A DNA stretch of 40,342 bases from Hydrurus foetidus. Its lineage: Eukaryota. The position numbers and the translations under genes were made by a program. The notes beneath the pieces were generated by a model. That model was given only the letters and a program-made list of their open reading frames with translations, had not been told where the DNA came from and made no database searches. How positions within the stretch are numbered: position 1 is the stretch's first letter; every line of letters starts with the position of its first letter. Below, one piece after another: positions 1 through 12,901 of this stretch. The stretch lies in NCBI GenBank assembly GCA_900617105.1, contig UYFQ01000442.1, positions 1 to 40,342 of the forward strand. The letters run 5' to 3'.

Positions 1-1292
1 ATTCAAAATACAAATAAAAATAAAATAAAGTTTGATCCGAGGAATCTTACGCAGCTTCATGCTGGAAAATTGCTATGCAATATTCAAGAAGAAATATAGG
101 CTCTAGTACGCCATATCTATTGCCTTCCACCGTTGATTGTCTCGACTCTCGAACAAACCAATGTGATATTCTAAGGAAATGATACATATGCATACATATA
201 TTTGTTCATATATATACATCAGGCTCTCGTACGTTCGATCCTGCCTTTGACTTCAACATATCCCTAAATTTGGCCAAGGCCAAACTTCATTCTTATGAGG
301 GTGAATGTCATACTATCCCGTTAACCTTGCGAGTTAATAGGAACACGGATATCGAACTTTTCTTAAGTCGTATAGCTGTAAATAATTATGATTTTATGTC
401 ATTGACACTTTTTGCTTTTAGTATCTCGCACGAGCTCCGTGCTGAACACAAAAGGAAATGTGACACTCGTTGGCGCGAGTTTTAAAGAAAGGGAAGCGAT
501 AGCCAAGCTTGACCCACTTCATTGGCACAAATATACTAGGCGTATGATATCCGAGGGTTTCGAACCCGAGGAACCTGAGTTGTAGTCATTCACCCCAACC
601 TATGATTTGTTGAAGGGTATCACACAGACTGAACTCGCTCGTTAAAAGAGCCATACGGTCTATGCCAAACGCCAAAACCTAAGAAGGCCATTTGCACGCA
701 CCTTTAACCAAGGAAGTCGTGAGGTCAGGTTGTCATACAACGTTCACGTGTAGCGTTACCCAGGTTGGTTCCGAGGGAGTCGCGACCCAAAGTCCATGTG
801 GTGATGTGGGTTGTTAGCGACTGGCTAGTGTCACGACTAGACTCGCAAAACGTACGGGTGATACCCCGCACCTAGGTGGTGACTCGATTCCCACCCTCAC
901 ACATACCTCTGGGGACTCTGTTACATCAGACTATGACGTGGAAGCCGTATGGCCAAGCGGTGTCGCACTCTCCGTTGACGAGATTGACGATGACAACACT
1001 GCATCCGCACCTTTCTTGCGTGACAAGACGTGCCGAAATGTACCGCCCAATGGGCCGGATGATTTTGTCTTAGATTCATTTTAGGGAGATGAAAGCCTTC
1101 AAAATGAACTTTGTACTCTCTGTTCTCATCACTCTGATATTTTCAGTGATAAGCTAGCCCCGCAAGCTGCTGCTCTCAAATCGTTTGAGATAAATCTGCT
1201 AAGACAGAAATGGGAGGTTCCATCGAACCACGCACCAGTGCGACCCCAATCCTCTAAAAAAGGAACATTACCTCCACACTTCAATTGAAGAG

Positions 1293-2757
1293 ATGCTGGA
1301 GGATGGTGTGATCGAGAGGTCGAACGCTGCATACCACAATCATCCGGTGATGGTAAATAAGACAGCCGATACGTATCGAACCTGCATCGACTATCGTGCA
1401 CTCAATGAATGCATTGAGTCGGCCTCCTTTCCCCTACTCAATATCAAACACCTCTTTGAGAGGATCGGTAATAAAAAAACCGGATATTTACGGAGTGATG
1501 GATTTAACCGCAGGTTATCACCAAGCACCTCTGTACACACCCCACCGAATCTATACCGCATTTATATGTTTCATGGGGGTGATTCAGTTCACGAGATTGC
1601 CTTTTGGCCCTTGTCGATCCCCCTCTTTCTTTCAGGAGCAGATGGTGACAATGGTCCTTCACGGTCTCATATACAACTGTTGCGAGATGTATCTCGATGA
1701 CTGTATTGTATATGGCCGGGGCGAAGCAGAGTTTCTCGAGAATCTGCGCAATGTCTTTGAGAGATTTCGACTTAAGAATCTTAGGCTCAAAGCAAAGAAA
1801 TGCAGATTCGGTCTCAAACGTATAGAATACGTGGGACGAATCATAGACAAAGATGGATTATCCATGTCTAAGGAGAAGATTCAGACAGTACTCAACTTCC
1901 CACTTCCTAAAGAAGTAACATCCCTTCGTGGATTTCTTGGCTTAGCCAACTACTTTCGTCAATTTGTACCGTTTCATTCGGACATTGTCGAACCACTTCA
2001 AATGATGGTGGACCCAAAGGCACTTAAACGTTCCCCCATATATTGGACCCCTGAGGGGACTTTAGCATTTAATGAGACTAAAATCGCGGTTTCGCGTTGT
2101 CCTTTAATGTACTTCATCAATGATGACTCACCCATCAGATTATATACTGATGCATCCGACTATGGAATCGGTGGTGTACTATTCCAAATTGTTAACACCG
2201 TCTGGAGACCAATTGCCTTTATAAGCAAATCTCTATCGGCAACACAAATTAATTGGTCGACGATACAGAAAGAAGCTTATGCTATCTTTTTCTGTTGCCA
2301 ACAACTCGATTATCTCATTCGAGACCGAAAGTTCACTATTCATACTGACCATATGAATTTGACTTATATGAAACAAAACCATACCTCAATGGTAACACGG
2401 TGGTTCATTGCAATGCAAGAACTTGATTTCACCGTACACTTTGTCAAGGGGTCAGATAATGAACTAGCTGATGCCCTGTCACGGCTATGTCCGAACCTGA
2501 CTGAAATTGCTCTGCCTCAGACAAGGAGGTCCTATGGTGACACGTCATCATCATCTTCTTCATCGTCATCTTACACAGTTTCCGCTTTGACGGTTATTGA
2601 ACCACCGACAGATGAACAGAATGTTTACATTCAAATGTGCCACAATGCAATTGTTGGTCACAACGGTGTCGACCGTACCCTCACTCGACTCTTTAGTCTT
2701 AACCACGTGTGGAAAAATACGAAACTGCCCATGCTGTCAGAAATTGAGCGCAGTTGA
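1293..2757 (+). pseudogene. pol: Element A pol: reverse transcriptase + RNase H (frameshift near the A-run at ~1475)
   Basis: CIDYRALN, DLTAGYHQ, RLPFG, YLDD, TDASDYGIG, TDH and ADALSR motifs. Confidence 0.95.
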
Positions 2758-3871
2758 TACAAAAATCAGCGCTGCTCATTTTTCAACTTCAACACATGCT
2801 ATTTTCGATACATTAAATATCGATTATATTGGCCCATTCCCTGATAAAGGGTTTATTCTTGTCATAATTGACGCCTTCTCCAGATGGACAGAAATGTTCT
2901 GGTGTAAGGATGCTGATGCTCAGTCTGCAAGTGAATGCTTACTGACTCATTTTGGTCGATTCGGATCGCCAAATATGATTAGATCCGATAGAGGATCCCA
3001 CTTCGCTAATGATCTCATTAAAGAGTTCTTAGACCTTACGGGGACACCCCACAATCTCACTTTGGCATACTCCTCACAAGAGAATGCCATTGTAGAAAGG
3101 GTCAACAAAGAAGTGAATAGACACTTACGCGGTCTCGTGTTTGATACACCATCTCTTGAACACTATGCTAAATGCATACAATTTGTTCAACGCATCATTA
3201 ACAGTTCAGTTAATCGACGAACAAATGCAAGTCCTGCTTCGATTTTATTCGGAAATAAACTGGATTTGAATCGGGGTATTTTAACACCCCATCTTTTACC
3301 AACGTTGACATCTACAAATTCAACTTACATCACAGATCTCATCGACATACAGGACAAGGTCCTCGATGCAGCAATCGTTTCTCTTCAGAAATGTGATGAT
3401 AAATACCAAAAGTCCACACAAGGTGTGACGGTGCTCCCTATAGGGTCATATGTTCTTGTAAAACAGGAACACCCTCCCACTCGATTACACACAAAGTGGA
3501 AAGGTCCTTTCCGTGTTGTCTCCTTTGAGGGATCCGAGTATGTTCTCGCGAACTTAATTACACACAAGCACAATAGTGTACATGTGAAGAATCTTAAGAT
3601 TTTCAATTATGACCCATCAATGGGCATACCTGCTGATACAGCACGTCGCGATTACATGGAGTATTTCGTTGAGAAAGTTCTTAGTCACACTGGTGATTCA
3701 AAGAAACCGACATCTATGTCGTTCCATGTTAAATGGCTCAACTATGATAACTCACATAATACATGGGAGCCTTGGAAGAATCTCCGGCTCTGTGATGCAC
3801 TCCATGTATACTTGCGGAATAATAACATGTCACGTTTTATTCCCAAGAATCTTGAGGGATCAACCGATTAG
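2597..3871 (+). pseudogene. Element A integrase + C-terminal chromodomain (correct frame from ~2722, after a deletion in the HHCC zinc finger)
   Basis: NIDYIGP, RSDRGSHF, VERVNKEV, WKGPF; chromodomain YFVEKVLSH..VKWLNY..NTWEP. Confidence 0.95.
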
Positions 3872-3950
3872 GTTTGAGTTCGAACGTATTATCTTTTGAA
3901 GATTTTTTAGCCTAATTTTTTGCCCTTTTCTAAGGGATTTTTATGGTTTT

Positions 3951-3975
3951 TTAGTCAGTAAAAATCTGACATAAT
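3951..3975 (+). promoter_or_regulatory. Conserved 3' UTR stem-loop (GTCAG-N7-CTGAC), element A
   Basis: TTAGTCAGTAAAAATCTGACATAAT; near-identical copy at 34375-34399 in element D. Confidence 0.6.
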
Positions 3976-4222
3976 TACGTTTTCGACCCTCGTACAACAG
4001 TACTCTACTGTTTTTGTACAACCCCACCTTATCTTTCTACATCGAACCCCACTTCTCTACAACTTTTCTTTTGTAAAACTTTTTATATTCACTTTTATTT
4101 TTTTTCATATTTTCGATTTTGTAAATTTTTGTATATTTTCTTTTTCGATTAAGTTATACAGTAAGTTTTGCAAAGAAACGGGGGTTTCGATTTAGTTTAG
4201 ATTTAGCTTAGATTTTTTTTCG

Positions 4223-4248
4223 AAAGAAAGAAAGATAAGTGGGGGTAA
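4223..4248 (+). promoter_or_regulatory. Polypurine tract of element A
   Basis: AAAGAAAGAAAGATAAGTGGGGGTAA immediately before the LTR TG. Confidence 0.85.
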
Positions 4249-4443
4249 TGTGATAGTACCGGGTCCAGGGTCCCGATCCTACCGGGTACCGACTCTACCG
4301 GATCCTACCGGGTACTACTACTGTACACTACAGTTAGGCTGTAGTATCGTCGTAGCCATCTACAGCGTCCACTTAGAAGTTAACCTAGCTTCTAGCATAG
4401 ACACCTGTAACTAAGCCTACCTCCTCTCGCCCCCCTTTCTACA
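4249..4443 (+). repeat. 3' LTR of element A (TGTG...TACA)
   Basis: Follows the PPT; shares CTACTGTACAC and TAGAAGTT.ACCTAGCTTCTAGCATAG blocks with the B/B2 LTRs. Confidence 0.85.
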
Positions 4444-4449
4444 TTTGCC

Positions 4450-7207
4450 CGACCACAACCCCCACAATCTCTATGCAATCGTCTAACAAGTCTTCTATGA
4501 AACCTTCCATGGATATGACAACTCTGCCTAAGTGCTCAAAGTTAAAAGTCATACCTATATAATTCAACACTTTACCTCTACTCTTAGTCAAGCCTGGGTA
4601 TAGTTTTTCTATCTATGAAATTATACTATCTATACGCTTCTCATCCCTACTGCTGATCATCATATCATCAACATGGATAACTAAAGTAGTCTGAGTGGAA
4701 TCTAGCTCAGTCCTACTGAATACACATATGTCTGATGGATTTACCTTCTAGCCTAGCTGTGTTAAATCTGATGATATTTTATCATACCATAACTTAGCTG
4801 ACTCTACGCATCCATATAGTGCATTCTTAAGTTTAACTACATCTGTTCCTTTCTCATTTACATACTTCTGATAGGACTTGTCAATGCTAACTAATATGTT
4901 AGTCAAATATTTATTCAGTCTCATAAGCACTGCATGGTCACCGTCTAGTGGCATATCACTGTTGAGGAATGCACCAGGAAAATCGATCGTAGCGACCGCT
5001 CGATTTTCACTTGCAGTAATTGCAGCAACAATAAATACGCTAGTGGTGCTAACAGTTGGTGATGAACCGTTATCATATATATTTCTATCTTGTAAATGAC
5101 CTCCTGCTACAAGTCTAGATTTTAGCTTATCAAATTTACCATCTGCTGTATACTTATCTTTTAAAAACATACTGCTGGTTATGATACTTTTCCTCTGATT
5201 GTAACTAAGACTGTTGAGGTGAACTGCCTCCCACACATTCTTATCACACATCTGTTGTAACTCTTTTTTAATGGAATCTACGGCTATCTCGCCTAATTTC
5301 TGTACTCCTTCTGTTACGGTCATGTTCATCATGTACTTACACATAACTGAATCTTTGTAGCTAGGTATACTTAAACCTACTAATCTCTTGTTCCATCTGC
5401 CTGGCTGATGGTTTCTAGCACTACGTCTGGGTTGTTTATCTAGAATTTCCTCTGACTTGCTATTTTCTGTGGTGGGGGTATCTACCTCATCATCACTGTC
5501 TACACCAAATATATCATTCATTAATGCATCGGGGTCAGTTGGTGTATCGTCATACACTACATCCTCTCCTTCATTAACGTATATATCATTTGGTATGTAT
5601 TCTGTTAATTGCTCGAACTCTGATTCGTAAGCTACATCAGAATTGCCATCGTATGAGTCAAAATTATTTGCTATCTCATGATGCACAAATTCATCTTCTG
5701 TGGGGTAACTATACGGTGTTATCATGTCAGGTGTCTGCAACTCAAATTCATCGTTGGAGTAATCATTTCCATCGTCTTCGAGGATTTGATTACTCTGTTC
5801 GAAAATAGGTTGCTTGACATTCACTGACATATTTAATTTCCTCTCAGATGCTAACTTATCGAGGTAACTGATCACATCATCTGTCATTGGTAAGCTAGTA
5901 GCCTTTGTCCTCTTTACTACTTTTAAGTTAGCTAACAGCAGATAATACCATGAACCTTCTAGGTTGCCTGCACTAACTAATGCTATTGCTGCCTGTGATC
6001 TGGGTTTAGTCGAGTTGTCCACGGAGTCGGTATGTACTTGTACGTAATCACCGAAACCGTGTTTCAACTCCTTATCTACGTTAATCTTTCTACCGTATAA
6101 TTTCTCTCTGGGGCTGACGTAAGCTACACTGTTTCTAGTTGGTACTAAATTTAATCTGTTCACAACATATCTAAGTAACCAACTTTCTAGTAGCTCACTC
6201 AGTGAAAAAGGTACCGTGTTGATGATGGCACGAACACGTTCCTTGATCACTCTAATCTTCCTTTCAACTACAGCTACTGCTTCTCCTGCTCCAGTACTGT
6301 CTAATATAATACCTAGTGCGGCTAGCTTACTCTCAAAACTTAAAGTGTTGTCTGCCGACTCTCCGTCTATTCTTATCTTGAATCCATACTTAGTAATGTG
6401 ATGTATGTTGCTCTCTAAGTTCATCCATAGGGAAGACTTATTTTTACGTGAGAGTTTACATATCATCACATATTCTAAGGGATTTGTAACAGTGACTAGA
6501 TAGGGTATCGAGTTCACAAACATCAAATCTATGTACATAACCTGGTTCAGGAACTGCCTATCTACTACTGGCATCTCTTCCTCTAACTCAGTTTTGTGAC
6601 TAGTTGTTTTCCCCTTAAGGGAACCCAAATCTGGTCCAAAAATATCTAATGCTCTAACTACATCTTGCGCTGTTATGTCACTCTTATCTAATTTCCCCTG
6701 ACCTATTAATTTAATTAACTGTCCTGGGCTGGCGTAACCTAACTTTCTCTGATACTCTCTAGCTAACTCTGCTGACTTAACTTGTCTAGCTGTATACAGT
6801 TTCTTCTTATCCTTAACTGTCATGACCATGATCGATTTATCGAACGATACATTCTTGTAACTGACATTTCTGTCTAAGTCGCATAGATATATGTTCGTAG
6901 ACTGATCATGGACAAATCTATATACAGGTCCTAACTTAATCATCCTAACTTTGTAACAATCCTGGTCACTGTCATAGCTAACTGACTCGCTCGAGCTGAC
7001 TATGTTACCGAAGGATAATATATTCGCTATACAATTACTATCGTAGTAAACTGTTCCGAAGTCCGTCTCGCCACACTCCGTGATTATCAAGGGTTCCCCC
7101 TGAGGGTTCACTCCATTAATAATCATCGGGGTAGCGGACGGCATAATACTATAAAATAAATCTCCACTACAAAATACTGACTCTGCTGCACATGTATCTA
7201 ACAACAC
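4450..7207 (-). pseudogene. pol: Copia pol: protease, integrase, RT (in-frame stop at 4748; RT continues to ~4450)
   Basis: LLDTCAAESVF protease; YIDLMF / RIDGE / VERKIR integrase; KSRLVAGGH, IDFPGAFLN, ALYG..SAKLWY, and IHVDD downstream of the stop. Confidence 0.93.
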
Positions 7208-7432
7208 TTGTCAATCTGTAAATGTGGAACTGTGTGTTAAAAATCACAGGGTCACCCCCACAATTTTTACTGTTCAGTGGACAAAAATTCTCCAATCTGC
7301 ATGCTTTATCTAACAATGGCACAAACGCAGGGTAACCGGTCGACGTTGCAAATACGTCATGCAGTCCGGTTTCCCCACACGGAACATTTACATCCTTAGC
7401 TAGTGAATCAGGTAAACAAACATATAAGGGAC

Positions 7433-8382
7433 TTACTTTTCCGAGGAAGTGTGACGCGCAGGTGCGTTCTTCCTCGGCGGCTTCTTACACTCGTAGGCAT
7501 AGTGCCCCTCCTCCCCGCAGTTGTTGCAGCTTCCATAACGGGTACCGTACTCCTGTACGGCACCACCTCTCTCTCTCTGTGGGGTGGCCTCCCTATCCCT
7601 ATAGGGAGTGCCTGCCCTCACTCTGCTCTCGCTGCCGGGGGTGTCGAATCCTCCCTTCTCAGCTCCACTGTCTCCGCTGCCACGGCCTCTGCCGCCTCTT
7701 CCGGTAGGACCCGCTCTCTCACCCCGACTGGCCGCGAAAACGTTTCGCTTCTCCGAGTTCGGGGGAGCTCCTCCGTGGACGGGCCTTCCCATCAGGAAGT
7801 TGGCCGCGTCCTGGTTGGCATCGGCCATGGTCTGCGGCCATGACCGAACCTTATTTTTAAACGTATTAATATATTCTGAATAGTTTGTATATAGTCCAGT
7901 TATAAATAGAATAGAATAGAATTCATCTGTGTGTTCTGGGGCGTCTTCGTCCGCCAACCTGTACGCTTCGTTCTCCACAAAAAGTAGCGTCCTACACCTA
8001 CTATAGTATGCAGCTAGGTCTTCGTGCATAGTCATTTTGTTATTATAGAAATTTCTAACTGCAGTAATGGTGTTATAAGTTTCTCCATACCTTTTGTTGC
8101 TCATGTGTGTTGCAACCACACATGTCAACAGACCGAGTGGATCGCACTCCTCCATGGCTCTCTTCCCAGCAGGCATCTCGTTCACCCGCGTCTGCGATGC
8201 CTCCGACATCTGACCTAATAATACACCATATAGCTTTGCACAATCTTTTATAAGTAATTCATCGGCAGCATCGTATTTCTTACGTGCTGTTTTCCATCTC
8301 TCTATCTCGACGAGGCCTGCTCCCTCCGGCGGATCTTCAGGTTCCACCTGCTCCAGATAATCGTAGAGAATCCCGTCGATAC
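7433..8382 (-). pseudogene. gag: Copia gag, 3' part
   Basis: CNNCGEEGHYAYEC zinc knuckle and RGG tract. Rejoins 12663-12901 in frame (EIIG-IDGILYDY) when B and one ATAC copy are removed. Confidence 0.88.
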
Positions 8383-8404
8383 TGTAGTCCTGATGGAAAG
8401 AAGA
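8383..8404 (-). repeat. 22-bp remnant of the element B 3' LTR end
   Basis: TGTAGTCCTGATGGAAAGAAGA, identical to the corresponding end of the 5' LTR. Confidence 0.9.
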
Positions 8405-9250
8405 TCTTAACAGAGTTAAGTTCTTAGGTATAGAAAAGTTTAATACTGTTTCTATTTTTTCTTTTGACATGGATAAACCATCTTTGTCAACCACTCTGCC
8501 AACGTATTCAATACGAGGTAAGCCATAGCGGCATTTCTTTGCTTTGAGTCTAAGACCCTTAAGTCTGAATCTTTCAAAGACTTTATTCAAGTTCTTTAGA
8601 AACTCTGCTTCACCCTTGCCATATACTATACAATCGTCGAGATACATCTCACAACAATGATAGATAAGGCCATAGAGGACCGCCGTTACCATCTGCTCTT
8701 GAAAGTAAGAGGGGGCACGACACGGACCAAAGGGCAGTCTCGTAAACTGAAATACCCCCGCAAAGCATATAAACGCTGTGAATATGCGGTGTGCGGGGTG
8801 TAACGGTGCTTGATGGTAACCCGCGGTTAAATCCATCACACCAAAAATATCCGGTTTTTTATTACCGATCCTCTCAAAAAGATGTTTGATATTCGGCAGG
8901 GGAAAAGAGGCGGGAGTCAGGCACTTATTAAGTGGCCGGTAATCGATGCAGGTTCGAAATTTACCGGGTGACTTAGTTACGATTACAGGATGACTGTAAT
9001 AAGCAGCATCTGACCGCTCTATAACCCCCGACGCAAGCATCTCATCGAGATTCTCCTTAAGAGCAACCTCCTTAGTCGATGACTGGGGACGTACCGGCGT
9101 ACGGTTTTCGTCTTTTCCCCACAACTCAAGGGGATGTTAATCTCAAAAGGTTTGAGTGACGCTGGTTTCTCAGCTAACTGATCACTAAAGATGTCTGAAT
9201 ATTCAGAACAGAGCTCTCGGAGCTTCCTTTGAAAGCTTTCATCTCCCCAA
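8405..9250 (-). pseudogene. pol: Element B reverse transcriptase (truncated)
   Basis: CIDYRPLN, DLTAGYHQ, YLDD; closely similar to element A RT. Confidence 0.93.
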
Positions 9251-11899
9251 AGGTAATCTCGTTGAGGAAATCCTCTGGCCCCTTGGGCAAGTCATCTTGA
9301 CTAGGTTTCTCAGCTAAGAAGGGTGCGAACGTGTCTATCTTGCCATCGTCAATCTCGTCAACTGAGAGTGCGACACCACTGGGCCATAAAGGCTCAGTGA
9401 CATAGTCGGGGGTATCAGAATCCCCAAAGGTATGTGTAAGGGTGGGAATCTGGTCGCCACCTAGGTGCGGTGTATCACCCGTACGTTTTGCGAGAATAGG
9501 AGTGACACTATTCAGTCGCTCACAACTTACATCACCACAGGAATTTCGGGTAGCTACTCCCTCCATATCCTTTTGGGTATCGTTACATGTCAACAGTGAA
9601 TGGACACAGGAGACGTTGCTCTTCGAAGAAGATTGACCAAGCAAAACGCTCTTCTTATATGGGTACTCTTGTACACCATATGTAACCCTCTTTTTAGAGG
9701 TAGGTTTACCGCCTGGATATTTCAACTTGTCATAATGAGGCGTGATAGTCTCGACTTCAGCTGTATCTGGTTCGGCACCCAACGCTATCATTTGACGCGT
9801 ATACTTATGTTGATACATAGGATCAAGTCTCAACAAAGCTTCCTTCTTATCGAAGTCGCGTTTGCGCGCATCGCTTTTCTTTTTGTTCTCCGCGCTAAGT
9901 TCTGGCGATATGCCGAAAGCAAACGGAGTCAAAGACCAAAAATCATACTTATTTACCGTTTTACGGCTAAACAAAATTTCAATTTCGGTTTTCCTATTAA
10001 CCCTCATGGGTAAGCTGATGCTCTGGCATTCGCCATCGTAAGAATGAAAAAGGATTTTTAAATCGCAGATTTCGTTATTTACATAACATTGACCATCGAG
10101 GCCGCTACAAACAGTGATAGCTGTAGGAGCGGGGTAACAAAGGTGAGTGGCGTTTAATTTTTCTAACATATTAAAAGAAATAAAATCCTCCGAGTAGTTC
10201 GCGGTGTCTAGCACGGCTCTTCCAACGGCACGCAGCTCGCTTGCTGGGCCAGTCCTATCCTTATCCTGCACGATAACAGTTACGTTGAGGTGATGAGAAG
10301 GAAGGACAGATGGATTATGCAAAAATTCTTCACGAATAGTTACATGTGGCTGTTCTTCAACAAGACTATCCATCAGATTATGGGAATCATTGTCAAAGAC
10401 AGCAGCCACGTCATCAGAGTAAAGGTTCTTACCTTGATCCTGACCTGAGCTTGAGGAGGAGGGAGGGTTGTTTCCTTGTGGGGGGTTGTATTTGTTTCCC
10501 CTGCCACCGGATCCACGACCCTGGTTTTGGTTTGCATTAGGGTTGTATCCTCCCCTCTGCTTACCTCTACCCCCTCCATGGTTGCCATGGTAACCACCTC
10601 CCTGGTTACCTTGGTTTCCCTGGTTTTGGTTATACCCCCCTTGTCCCTGGTTGGAACGATCTGAACCACCAGAGGCATTGGGGTTGTTACCGCCACCATG
10701 GCTGTTTTTGGGGCGCTTGTTGTCGTTAGACATCAAGTAGGGTTTAGAACCCTTAGGGAGTAGCAGAACGCGATCTTCGTACCCTGGGAGTACGAGATGC
10801 TGTTGCCATTCTGCAAACCCTACCGCTGCCCAAGCCATACCCAATGTAGAATCCTCCCAATCAGCCGAATGGTCTGTATTGGAGTCGGAGTAATACAGGA
10901 TGGGACAATCAGTCAACATGTGCGACTTAGACCCGCACGAACGGCACGCTAGTAAGTTCGGTACGAACGGCACTTCCGTCGACGCACGGACAGCGAGTCC
11001 GTGCTGAGTCGGAATGTACGAGCCTGTTGTACGCACAGTCGTGTAAGTGACTTAGACGTCCCGGATGGAGTAGGTGAGGGTGCCTTAACACTTGCTCTGC
11101 TTGTCTCTTTTTTACCAACCTCAGGCGGAATAGCCGATGAAGGGAACGAGTACACTACCTCCGGGTTGCCGTAGCTCTTGATGAGGTTCGTCATCGACCT
11201 AGCCTCAGCCAGAACCTGACCAATGCGTAGCATAGTCTTCAACCATGTCCCCGTGTTGGGTGGTGAGGTGTCAGCAGCTTTTGCTCTCAGGTAGTCTTGT
11301 TGAATTTGACTACCCTTAGCTAGGCGCTTCTCCAAGATCTGAATAAGCTCAGCATGCTGAGTCATAGTCAGAGGGCCCTTGGACCTCTCATAGTTGCTCA
11401 CAAGTTCATTGTAACGAATGAATGTGGCATTCTCATGATCGTGATTAGCGATCTGGTAGTGGAAGGGAATTTGGCTAAAACTCTCTGCCAAAGTACACTC
11501 CCCCAAACCGTTTGGGCAGAAGTACTTCACTACTAGAGTGGCTACCTGAGTCACCGATAGTATGGTGAACCAATCATGACGTTGTCGACGGTCGATGATG
11601 TTGAATTCAGGGTCGACTAAGATTTTGAAGTTCAATAGTTCGATTGCCTGCTTCTGCATACAGTCCGTCAACTTCATGTTGGGATTGCGTTGAGCCTGTT
11701 CGTAGAACTCAATGGCATCAGCTTCATCAATGAAGTTGTGTCTGAGCACGAATACCTCACTCTGGAGTTGCATCGTCAGCGAGCTGTTACCAAACAATGA
11801 GTTGTTTGTTGGAATAGTCTCATTGAGGGCAGCCAACGCTGCGAGACGAGCAATCTCCTCCTCATCAGGAGGTGGTGGAGATGGAGGTGCGGCGGACAT
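9174..11899 (-). pseudogene. gag: Element B gag + aspartic protease (frameshifts at ~11040 and ~9245)
   Basis: CRSCGSKSHMLTDC knuckle, G/N/Q-rich tail, VLDTA active-site motif, VCSGLD motif shared with D/E. Confidence 0.88.
10266..10432 (-). other. Predicted 167-nt gag/PR intron in B
   Basis: CAAG|GTAAG ... GTGCAG|GATAA; the spliced product reads QDQG-stop. Confidence 0.65.
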
Positions 11900-12445
11900 A
11901 TCGCTACTAGATATGTATCTCGCTTAAACACAGCAGAGATCAATCCCCTCTTGTCAAAAAAATTTTGCAAGGGGTTTGCCTTGTTCGCTAACGGGTACTG
12001 TTTCGTCAGTAACAACGCGTTAGAAGATTCTAACCAACTCTTGGACTGAAAAGTCCAATGGCTTAAGAGCCAAATTTTGAGTGGTAGAAAATTTGGGTAC
12101 CTTTTAAGGTATATGCTGCTGCTTTCCAGCGACAAGAAGACGTCTCTTGACTAATCTTATGTCAGCGGTGATGAATCCGTGATTCAATCGACCGTCAGAG
12201 CAGGTCTTTAATGAATCTCGGGAAGGATCTTTCGACTTCGACCGGAAACTTAAAGAATGGAAGAGCCCAAGCTTAGGGATTCCAAGAAAGCAGGTATGCT
12301 GACTTTCTCTAACTTAAACTAAGATTCTCTGAGCTCAAAGCTGCAAGAGAAGTCGGCCGTGGCGGACTATAGGACGCTCGGAAGTCTTATCTAAAAGTTG
12401 GGGACAGATAGATGGACTGAGAAGTAGTAGAAGAAAGGTTGGACG

Positions 12446-12457
12446 AATAGCGCTATT
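12446..12457 (-). promoter_or_regulatory. 12-bp palindrome at the PBS position of B
   Basis: AATAGCGCTATT overlapping the terminal base of the LTR. Confidence 0.85.
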
Positions 12458-12662
12458 GTAGTCCTGATGGAAAGAAGACGGGTAGACGAGTAGGTGATGC
12501 TTAGGTTTACAGCTATGCTAGAAGCTAGGTAACTTCTACGAGTAGGCTAGAGCTAGCTAGCAGCTGTGCTAGAGATGTATGTGTACAGTAGGCGGAAGGA
12601 TCGGGTGGATCGTGACAAGGTCCGGTACGGCCCGTAGGCCCGGTATACCCGGTACGACCACA
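12457..12662 (-). repeat. 5' LTR of element B
   Basis: TGTGG...CTACA on the minus strand; highly similar to 25307-25513. Confidence 0.93.
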
Positions 12663-12901
12663 ATACCTATAATTTCTTTTACAGTGGATTCATAAGTACT
12701 GTACATATATAATCGAAAACATTCGAGCCATTTCAACACAGATTCTGGATCTGCCGCTTGTCCTCGCGGCAAATCCAGGTAAGCACCTACTTCGGGCTTC
12801 CTACCTTTAGATATGAGTTTATGAGGCTCTCCTTGCCCTCTACCATATCGACCCCTGCCCCCGCCACGGGACTGGAATCTTCCATCGCCTTGTCCTCTCA
12901 T
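12663..12901 (-). pseudogene. gag: Copia gag, 5' part
   Basis: MRGQGDGRFQSRGGGRG...KEIIG; continuous with the segment ending at 8382 across the TSD. Confidence 0.8.

Larger units (their letters stand above)
285..4443 (+). mobile_element. Gypsy chromovirus element A, 5'-truncated and degenerate (protease C-terminal part, RT, RNase H, integrase, chromodomain, PPT, 3' LTR)
   Basis: HSYEGECHTIPLTLRVNR.. aligns with the protease region of element B. Domain order is RT-RH-INT-chromo. Several stops lie in 480-1290. Confidence 0.93.
8383..12662 (-). mobile_element. Gypsy element B, internally deleted (RNase H, integrase and most of the 3' LTR lost); 4-bp TSD ATAC
   Basis: ATAC at 8379-8382 and 12663-12666; 8383-8404 matches 12457-12478. 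Confidence 0.93.

Noticed and set aside
1..284. Continuation of element A or a host gene
   Set aside because: AT-rich, no similarity to B's upstream protease region, no convincing ORF.
4444..4457. Start of another B-type LTR (TGTGGTCGGG on minus) between A and Copia
   Set aside because: Only about 9 matching bases; too short to support.
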